The notes below the pieces were generated by a model. That model ran no database searches. It was given only the letters and a program-made list of their open reading frames with translations, and was not told the DNA's origin. A stretch of DNA of 32,000 nucleotides. Source: Psychrobacter sp. DM4. Lineage in GTDB: Bacteria; Pseudomonadota; Gammaproteobacteria; Pseudomonadales; Moraxellaceae. The translations under genes were made by a program, and so were the position numbers. The DNA is taken from NCBI RefSeq assembly GCF_051307035.1, contig NZ_CP195536.1:1140001-1172000 (forward strand). Direction: 5' to 3'. This document shows, in pieces, positions 24,876 to 32,000 of this stretch. Position 1 is the stretch's first letter. Each line of letters starts with the position of its first letter.

Positions 24876-25640
24876 TGTTAGAACGCTTATTGCTTCGAGA
24901 TATTGAATGTTTGATCTGTTAAAGCTTTGATTTTGATAGATTTCAAATAAATAAGCACGTAGCTTATAAAGAACAAACCCCAATTTTGACTGAGCTATGC
25001 TGAAGAAACCGTACAAGATAGAGTCAGTCAACTTGAGGGCTGTGACAACATCCATTTTATGGATGGCTTTCCGATACCTGTCTGTCATTATGGACGTGCT
25101 TATCGGCATAAAAACTATCAAGACTTAGCGGCTTTTAGCTACTGTGCAGCTAAGCAAGAGAGGTACTATGGCTTTGAAAGACATTTGCTTGTTAATTTAT
25201 CGGACATGATTAACGGTTTTACCTTTGCCCCTGCCAATGTCGATGAAAGAGCAGTTGCTGCAGAAATCACCACTCATATTCATGGGCTGCTTGGCGCTGA
25301 TAAAGGGTATATCAGTCCTAGTCTCACTCAGTACTACGACGCTCAAGGAGTAGATTTACAAACGCCACTCAGAGCCAACATGAAAGAGGATAGACCCAAA
25401 CCTGTGGTAAGACGGCTAATGAAAGCCTGCCGTATCGTTGAAACAGTCATTGGTCAGCTATCAGAACGATTTAATATACAAAGGGTACGAGCAAGAGATT
25501 TATGGTATTTGTCTCATCGATTGGTAAGATTCTGTCGCATAATCTGTGCTTTGTACTCAATAAAAAACTGGGTAATCCGCCACTTCAAACCCCGATATTA
25601 ATAGCATCACCTAAGAAAAGTAAATTTCATACTCCACTCC
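24876..25640 (+). mobile_element. Degenerate IS982-family transposase gene (frameshifted and internally deleted relic)
   Basis: The 180-aa ORF (25059-25601) has DGFPIPVCHYGRA...YYGFE.HLLVNL...PANVDER...GADKGYIS...RIVETVIGQLSERFNIQRVRARDLW, typical of the IS982 DDE region. The expected C-terminus (GKILSHNLCFVLNKKLGNPPLQ) is in a different frame from ~25521. N-terminal pieces (MLERLLLRDIECLIC*, ..LSYAEETVQDRVSQLEGCDNIHF) are split over three frames, and ~70 aa seem to be missing. I could not identify terminal inverted repeats. Confidence 0.65.
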
Positions 25641-25864
25641 TCTACACTATATAGATAATAGCAAATAGAGCTTTCCCGACTTGTTAGAGTAAGATTTATC
25701 CATGGCATATGCAGATATTAATAATATTTTAAACACCATAATATTGAGGGGTTTATTACCTAATAAGTTATAGTTACAATAAGAAGTTGATCTACTTTAG
25801 CGTTAACTATTTCTAGTATCGATCTTAATTTTCAGCCTAGCTCAAACTGACTACATCAGTATAT

Positions 25865-26581
25865 TTATACCGACTCTAATGCTTGCTGGCATGTTTGAGC
25901 TAAATAAGGGTCAACACTGTCCTGTTTGAGCAGCCATTTAATATAGCCAGTACCTTCAGAGCTCGCAGCTAAATCTGCAATAGCCTCACCCTTATGCTTA
26001 CCAAAACTTAAGTGTGTGGGTATACGTGCTATTTGACTAAACTCATATAAGCTCTCCACATCACTTATTTCCTGACCCTGACTATTGGCTAAATCAATCA
26101 AACTACCAAGCACCAGCTCAGTGAAGTAAATATCAGCAATAGCAGCATGTGCATCCTTTGCTTGAGCACGCGCTATATCTCGGTGGAAGTGATAGAGGAG
26201 GGACACTAGCTTATGGCTCTCAAGCGTAGGGAGAAGGAAGTTTGCCATCGCATTGGTACAAATCAGACTAGGTATATGGGTCACGCCAGCATTTTTAAGA
26301 ACAGCCATGTCAAAATCAATGTTGTGTCCAATTAAGTACTCAACACTGTCGGGCAGTCTAAAATCTGCATGAGGTGGCTCATCCGCAACATCCTCATTAC
26401 ATATATGTGATACCGCCATTGACCCTAAACTGATTTCTTTGAGAGGATTAAAGCGCTTAGCTCGCGGAGCTTGTAATACAAATACCTTGCCATCGTTTAT
26501 TTCAACAATAGAATAGGCCGCTTCAGTCATTTGCGGTTCAATAAGTCCTGTCGTTTCTGTGTCGAGTATATAAGTAGTCAT
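25865..26581 (-). CDS. exoX: DEDDh 3'-5' exonuclease, exodeoxyribonuclease X-like
   Basis: Exo I is YILDTETTGL, Exo II is IGHNIDFDMAVL and Exo III is HAAIADIYFT (H-x4-D). The C-terminal block FGKHKGEAIADLAASSEGTGYIKWLL resembles the ExoX C-terminal domain (FGKYRGKAVSDV...GYLRWL). Confidence 0.7.
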   Translation of the reverse strand: MTTYILDTETTGLIEPQMTEAAYSIVEINDGKVFVLQAPRAKRFNPLKEISLGSMAVSHICNEDVADEPPHADFRLPDSVEYLIGHNIDFDMAVLKNAGVTHIPSLICTNAMANFLLPTLESHKLVSLLYHFHRDIARAQAKDAHAAIADIYFTELVLGSLIDLANSQGQEISDVESLYEFSQIARIPTHLSFGKHKGEAIADLAASSEGTGYIKWLLKQDSVDPYLAQTCQQALESV

Positions 26582-26886
26582 AATTTTATTTGTAGTTCTT
26601 ATTTGAGGATGAGATTTAAAATAGTGAAATATTTGATGTGATTAGCATCGGCTTAGAGGGCTAGTAGTAAGTGATAAATTAACATATAAATTGGTAATAG
26701 CTATCATTTATCAGGTTTCTTGATTAAGCAATCGCCAACCTATGAAATTATATATATGAGGACTAAACTAGGGCTGGCTGGATAAAACAGCTTCATTTAT
26801 AAGCCAGGCATTACATACTCAAAGGCTTAGTGTTATAAGTCTGAGTTACAGTGAATTAATTAATCGTACCTCTAAGGATTTTTATA

Positions 26887-27948
26887 GTGCCAACAGCAGA
26901 ATTTCAGCTTAACTTTCTAAGACGTATTCAATGGTTACTTGAATCTAGCTCTTATACCTCGACCTATAAATTTGCATTGTTAATCGCAGTAACCAATCTT
27001 TCTATAGAGTCTGGGGCTAGTGATAACAGCGAATGCGTTATTTCTTATGAGCAGTTAGCAGAGCAGTTTATTCAGCTTTATTGGACGCAAGCATTACCGT
27101 TCTCAGATCAGTATGGTGAATCTATACTGAAGCAAAGCAGTACAACAGGCCAAGCTAAGGTCATCACTAGTGTCTTAACCCTGCAAGAAAAAACTAAGAC
27201 TACCAATTTAAATATAGCTCGGACACGTAATATCAAAAAGTGGCAATCGACCATTAAAGAAATAGCCCGAACGATTAAAAACAACCCTGCCAAGTATTTA
27301 CAAAGTGCAGAAGATAAAGTTAGCCGTGAATTCTTCTATATCTATAACTCAAGAGAAAAAGTAATCCTACTAAAGTCTGGGATCGCTTACTGCTTTGCGC
27401 GTTTTAGTCAGATAATCCATAAGCTTTGCCAACAATACTGGACAGAGTTTGTACGTAACAATCGTCACAACCAATCATATTTTAGTGATGACATTGATTT
27501 ACAAGATTTTTTGTTTAACCAATCACGTCAAGATTTAAGCTTGTTAGTACCTATACTAAATGAAACTCAGCAGGGTCAGTGTTTCTACTGTCAAAGACCA
27601 TTAAAAAAAGCCGTCGAAGTTGATCACTTTGTGCCTTGGTCAAAGTACCCCAATGATACGACTCATAATTTTGTACTGACTGATCATAAATGTAATAACA
27701 GTAAACGTGACTATCTTGCCGAAGAAAGGTTTTATGAGAAGTGGTTGAGGCGTAACCAACAATATGGACATGTTATTGAACAAGAAACACACGGTATTGG
27801 CTTTATGAGCAATCAGAGGCGTTCAGAAACTATTAGCCAATGGGCCTACCAAATAGCTGTAGAGCATGAAGACCTAGTATGGTCACCAGAGTCAAATATG
27901 AGGCTACGTACTATCAACCCTGAGCTATTACCTAGATTGAGGGGTTGA
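26887..27948 (+). CDS. HNH endonuclease with a ~230-aa uncharacterised N-terminal domain
   Basis: The HNH core is CFYCQRPLKKAVEVDHFVPWSKYPNDTTHNFVLTDHKCNNSKRD (CxxC...DH...N...H.CN..K). A GTG start has AAGGA 9 nt upstream. I do not recognise the N-terminal domain (LNFLRRIQWLLESSSYTSTYKFALLIAV..). Confidence 0.75.
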   Translation: MPTAEFQLNFLRRIQWLLESSSYTSTYKFALLIAVTNLSIESGASDNSECVISYEQLAEQFIQLYWTQALPFSDQYGESILKQSSTTGQAKVITSVLTLQEKTKTTNLNIARTRNIKKWQSTIKEIARTIKNNPAKYLQSAEDKVSREFFYIYNSREKVILLKSGIAYCFARFSQIIHKLCQQYWTEFVRNNRHNQSYFSDDIDLQDFLFNQSRQDLSLLVPILNETQQGQCFYCQRPLKKAVEVDHFVPWSKYPNDTTHNFVLTDHKCNNSKRDYLAEERFYEKWLRRNQQYGHVIEQETHGIGFMSNQRRSETISQWAYQIAVEHEDLVWSPESNMRLRTINPELLPRLRG

Positions 27949-28386
27949 TAGTTTAAATATGTCTATTTTATGACTAATCGCTTGTTGAGAATCAGTGTAG
28001 AGCTAATTATACGCAAATCTTATCTGATTAATTTGATATAGATGAGATTAAATATGCTTATCGTTCTGAAACAATTACGTTATAATCATTAGTCGATAAT
28101 TTAGCTCAACAATTTTCTATAAAACCTGAGTTTATAGTCATTCGCATATAATTCATTTAATGCCAGTATTCATACCTAAAATCATAAATATGAATCTACC
28201 TGGTTAACAGAAATTTCTTATATTCAAATGACTAAAGTTTTAAATTCTAATGGTTATTAGCTTCAATACAGCGCGTATCATCTAAAATTAAAAGTATTAA
28301 TAGATTGGTTTTTATAGTTTTCGCAGATGAAGTAATCACTATCACACGCATTTATCAAATTTAAAATAAAAGTAAGGAACGGCATT

Positions 28387-31284
28387 ATGTCGCAACGTTA
28401 TGCACCCGGTATTCGTGTAGAAATTCGTGATGCTGAGTGGCGAATTAAACGTACTGATCACACTTCTGATGGTGGCTATCTTCTGACCTGTGAAGGGCTG
28501 TCTGAGTTAGTTCGAGGTCGTGAAGCGGCATTTTTAACTAAGATTGAACCTAACATTCGTATTCTGGCACCGGAAGAGACAGATCTGGTGGATGATATCA
28601 GTAGTGGCTATCGCGCAAGTCGTCTGTATTTAGATACTTTAATCAGACAAGCGCCACCAGTTGATGAAAAAATATATCTAGGTCAAAAAGCAGCATTAGA
28701 TGTGATGCCGTTCCAGTTTCAGCCGTCACGCCAGGCCTTGCAACAACCTCGGCAGCGTATTTTAATCGCGGATAGTGTGGGTCTTGGTAAAACGCTTGAA
28801 GCGGGCATCTTGGTCAGTGAGCTGATAGCGCGTGGTAAAGGCAAGCGCATCTTGGTATTGGCCGTAAAGTCTATGTTGACTCAGTTTCAACAAGAGTTTT
28901 GGAATCGATTTAGCATTGGCCTGACCCGTCTTGACTCACAAGGGTTGCAACGAGTCCGTAACCGGATTCCCACTAATCACAATCCCTTTCACTATTTTGA
29001 CCGCTCGATTATTTCTATTGATACCATTAAGCAAGATATTGATTATCGTCATTATCTAGAGCAGGCATACTGGGATATTATCATCATTGATGAAGCGCAT
29101 AACGTAGCGGAGCGCAGTAGTCATTCGCAGCGGGCCCGCTTGGCTAAGCTATTGGCCACACGTTCTGATACGCTCATCATGCTATCTGCAACACCGCATG
29201 ATGGTAAGCCAGAAAGCTTTGCAAGCCTCATGAACATGCTAGATCCTACTGCTATTGCTAACCCTTCTGATTACGCCAAAGAAGATTTTCGTGATAAAGG
29301 TTTGGTCATCCGCCGCTTTAAAGAAGATATTCGTGAGCAACTTAGCAGCAATTTCCCTGATCGTGACATTGCTACGCGTATGTCGACAGCAAGTGTGCCA
29401 GAAGAGTATACCTATGACACTTTATTAGAGACAGAGTTTAAGACGCTCAAAAGTGCTGGCGCTGGGCAGCTGTTCCGAACCACATTAAGTAAAGCACTAT
29501 TCTCAAGTCCTGCTGCTTTGCTAAGCATGATTGTCAACCGCTCACAGCGTCTTAAATCAAGGTTAGAAAAAGAGACAGCTGCCGATAAGCGAGAAGATAT
29601 TCAAAGTGACTTAAACCAACTGCATACGTTGCTAAAAGCAGCAGAGAGTATTGATGCTAAAAGCTTTAGTAAGTATCAAAAGCTGGTAGAGCTGCTGAAA
29701 ATGGATACCGAAGAGGGGCGAGGTTTTGATTGGGATCCGAAAGACTCGTCAGACCGTTTGGTTATCTTCACAGAGAGTATCCCAACGCTTGAATTTTTAG
29801 AAACGCATCTGCCTAAAGATCTTAAACTCAAAAAAGATCAAGTGCTTATCTTATGTGGGGATATGAGTGATAAAGAACTGGCGCAAACGGTAGATGCATT
29901 TAACCAAAAGAACCATCCTGCTAGATTGCTGATTTGTTCCGATGTGGCCTCAGAGGGTATTAACCTGCATCACTTGAGTCATCGCATGGTGCATTTTGAT
30001 ATTCCTTGGTCATTAATGGTATTCCAGCAGCGTAACGGTCGTATTGATCGCTATGGTCAAACGCAGCAACCTCTGATTCGTTATTTACTGACCGATAGCA
30101 GTAACCAAAAGATTAAGGGCGATAATCGCATCCTAGAAGTGCTTATCGAAAAAGATGCTCAGGCTGGCAAGAACATTGGTGACCCCAGTGAATTTAACAA
30201 AGAAGAGGGCGAGGCGATTACCGCGGAGCTGATAGAGCGTGATAATAACATCGATGATTTGGATGATCTGCTAGGAGACTTTTTTAGTGGTACAGATGAC
30301 GGTGATAGCGAGCCTGTAGATATTGTTGAGGCATTCACCCCAACCAACGAGAGCTTGGCAGTTGATGAGATGCTGGGTATCCGCCCACAGATATTCGATA
30401 ACGATATGGACTATGCTACGGCCGCAGTTAATTGGCTACAAGAAGATGCGAGTGTTGCGCTACAAGTTAGTATTGATGGCGATATGCTGCGCTTAACTGC
30501 GCCTAGTGACCTCAAGCAGCGCCGACGCTTTTTACCAAAAGAGGTGTGGCCGCAAGACGATCGCTTTGTATTAACTAGCGACAGTCAAAAAATCAGTGAT
30601 GAGCTCAAGCGTTGCCGAGAAGAAGACACCCCTTGGCCTAATATTCACTATCTGTGGCCCCTTCATCCTGTTGTGCAGTGGCTATATGATCGCTCGCTCA
30701 ATGCGTTTGGTCGTCATACGGCTCCTGTCATCCGTATTCCGCAGCAGCTGGAGCAAGATGAGCATTGGTATGTGCTACATGGCGGTTTCCCCAATCGCCG
30801 CGGGCAGGTACATCTACAAAGCTGGTGTGCCGTGCATATCAAAGACAATCAAGTTACTGACAGCTGCGATTTGGAAGAGTTCTTACAGCGGATAAACCTA
30901 AATAAGCTGGTTAACCCAGGTCGCAGTAGTGATACCAGTGCGTTATCTAAGCTGTTACCTATAGCTATAAACCACGCCAAGCAACAGCTGGAGCAAGAAC
31001 GTATACAGTATGAGCAGACCAGTAATGCTGTATTAGAGAAACAAATAGACGCGCTAAATACGCTAAAGAGCAAGCACATTAGCCAGTTGGAGCTTGACCT
31101 AGAAGGCTTGAGCGGTAGCAAGCAAGATACAAAACGCTATAGCCGCGAAAGTGAAATTAATCGTATTTTTGATGATTACTTTGAATGGTTAGAAAATACG
31201 CAGCTCATTGAAAAACAACCTTACATACAAGTCGCCGCAGTCTTTACTGGCATGCCCCATCAGGATACAGGAGCCGTGCTATGA
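28387..31284 (+). CDS. SNF2-family (SF2) helicase/translocase, DISARM DrmD-like
   Basis: - **Motif I:** LIADSVGLGKTLEAG.
- **Motif II:** IIIDEAHNV.
- **Motif III:** MLSATPHDGK.
- **Motif V:** LLICSDVASEGINLH.
- **Motif VI:** MVFQQRNGRIDRYGQ.

A strong ribosome-binding site (AAGGAAC) is present. The stop overlaps the next start (ATGA at 31281-31284). Confidence 0.85.
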   Translation: MSQRYAPGIRVEIRDAEWRIKRTDHTSDGGYLLTCEGLSELVRGREAAFLTKIEPNIRILAPEETDLVDDISSGYRASRLYLDTLIRQAPPVDEKIYLGQKAALDVMPFQFQPSRQALQQPRQRILIADSVGLGKTLEAGILVSELIARGKGKRILVLAVKSMLTQFQQEFWNRFSIGLTRLDSQGLQRVRNRIPTNHNPFHYFDRSIISIDTIKQDIDYRHYLEQAYWDIIIIDEAHNVAERSSHSQRARLAKLLATRSDTLIMLSATPHDGKPESFASLMNMLDPTAIANPSDYAKEDFRDKGLVIRRFKEDIREQLSSNFPDRDIATRMSTASVPEEYTYDTLLETEFKTLKSAGAGQLFRTTLSKALFSSPAALLSMIVNRSQRLKSRLEKETAADKREDIQSDLNQLHTLLKAAESIDAKSFSKYQKLVELLKMDTEEGRGFDWDPKDSSDRLVIFTESIPTLEFLETHLPKDLKLKKDQVLILCGDMSDKELAQTVDAFNQKNHPARLLICSDVASEGINLHHLSHRMVHFDIPWSLMVFQQRNGRIDRYGQTQQPLIRYLLTDSSNQKIKGDNRILEVLIEKDAQAGKNIGDPSEFNKEEGEAITAELIERDNNIDDLDDLLGDFFSGTDDGDSEPVDIVEAFTPTNESLAVDEMLGIRPQIFDNDMDYATAAVNWLQEDASVALQVSIDGDMLRLTAPSDLKQRRRFLPKEVWPQDDRFVLTSDSQKISDELKRCREEDTPWPNIHYLWPLHPVVQWLYDRSLNAFGRHTAPVIRIPQQLEQDEHWYVLHGGFPNRRGQVHLQSWCAVHIKDNQVTDSCDLEEFLQRINLNKLVNPGRSSDTSALSKLLPIAINHAKQQLEQERIQYEQTSNAVLEKQIDALNTLKSKHISQLELDLEGLSGSKQDTKRYSRESEINRIFDDYFEWLENTQLIEKQPYIQVAAVFTGMPHQDTGAVL

Positions 31285-32000
31285 ACTTAACCGGAATCAG
31301 TAATGAGAACGAATTTTATAGCCAACACTATATGGCAGAGATATTTGCCGGTGACAGTGATGTAAAAGGGCTTCAAGACAGCTGGCAACAGCAAGAAACT
31401 AAAGCTCGCGAAGCGGCACTGACTGAGCAAGATAAGAAAAATGCTTGGCGCACGCCTTGGAATCAAATGAGCAGAAATGCTCGAGAGACGTTGTTGCTAC
31501 TTGATGAATATGGTCACAAGCAAACCGCTATAGACAGACTAACCTTGGGTCGTGAGGTATTGCGTAGCTTGCTGTCTACCTTTGAGTTGCCTTATGCACC
31601 TCGTGCACAATATGTTGAGCATACCCAAAGTTATGTACCGCTACTGGGCGAGATAAAAAACAGCCAAGGCGAGCCGCTGTTATGGATTTTAGAAGCTCAG
31701 GCACTAGGCAGTGATTATGATGCTGATAGCGATCCACTGGCATTGCCTCTGCATTCGGCACAGATGAAAGGCTTAGAGGGTTATCCATCATTCGAGCAAC
31801 AGTCAGAGCAAGAGTCAGAAGACAACTGGCAAAAACTGCTATCTAGTACGATATTTAGCCAAACCCTGCCTCCACGCTGGGTCATTCTCGCCAGCCCATA
31901 TCAGTGGCTATTAATTGACCGCAGTAAATATGCTCAAAACCGTTTAATCCGCTTTGACTGGAAAGAGGTATTCAGTCGCCGTGAGTTAGATACTCTAAAA
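31281..32000 (+). CDS. 5' part of a large ORF translationally coupled to the SNF2 helicase (possibly the N-terminus of a defence-associated DNA methyltransferase); continues beyond the window
   Basis: Manual translation from ATG 31281 is open for all 240 codons to the window end (MNLTGISNENEFYSQHYMAEIFAGD...PPRWVILASPYQWLLIDRSKYAQNRLIRFDWKEVFSRRELDTLK). It is absent from the ORF track only because no stop codon is reached. No catalytic motif is visible in this part. Confidence 0.6.
   Translation, partial: MNLTGISNENEFYSQHYMAEIFAGDSDVKGLQDSWQQQETKAREAALTEQDKKNAWRTPWNQMSRNARETLLLLDEYGHKQTAIDRLTLGREVLRSLLSTFELPYAPRAQYVEHTQSYVPLLGEIKNSQGEPLLWILEAQALGSDYDADSDPLALPLHSAQMKGLEGYPSFEQQSEQESEDNWQKLLSSTIFSQTLPPRWVILASPYQWLLIDRSKYAQNRLIRFDWKEVFSRRELDTLK

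Noticed and set aside
24849-25121. A 90-aa minus-strand ORF upstream of the operon.
   Set aside because: It lies antisense to the N-terminal fragments of the IS982-like transposase relic and has no recognisable features. The plus-strand reading explains the region better.
1-32000. A search for CRISPR arrays, rRNA/tRNA genes and integrase/recombinase genes that could delimit the island.
   Set aside because: None was found by eye on either strand. Island boundaries therefore cannot be defined from this window alone.

Overview
The window looks like an AT-leaning gammaproteobacterial chromosome. Protein similarities suggest Moraxellaceae (Psychrobacter or Acinetobacter), but this is inference only.

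- **1-6.2 kb, ordinary genes:** 3' end of betA, a BetT-like BCCT transporter, a 46-codon relic of a heavy-metal P-type ATPase with its orphan terminator, a flavin-containing monooxygenase, and a CPA1 cation/proton antiporter.
- **6.2-12.4 kb:** a segment bracketed by two ~145-bp imperfect direct repeats. It holds a CpxRA-like two-component system, a multiply disrupted lipoprotein gene and small secreted-protein ORFs. Two of these share a 38-bp upstream motif.
- **12.6-24.7 kb, main item:** one tightly packed seven-gene minus-strand operon. In transcription order it encodes a TerY-like vWA protein, a PP2C phosphatase, a Ser/Thr kinase with a zinc ribbon, a Upf1-like SF1 helicase (1134 aa), a wHTH + HEPN (RNESSH) protein, a protein with ~420 aa of coiled coil fused to a McrB-like AAA+ module, and a McrC-like protein with a zinc ribbon. 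I read this as a composite defence system. It is a TerY-P triad fused to a coiled-coil McrBC derivative, resembling the computationally proposed type III CoCoNuT class, which as far as I know is experimentally uncharacterised.
- **24.9-25.6 kb:** a degenerate IS982-like transposase relic.
- **25.9-32.0 kb:** an ExoX-like exonuclease, an HNH endonuclease, and an SNF2 helicase translationally coupled to a large gene that runs off the window. This may be the start of a DISARM class 1-like locus.

No rRNA, tRNA, CRISPR array or integrase was seen.
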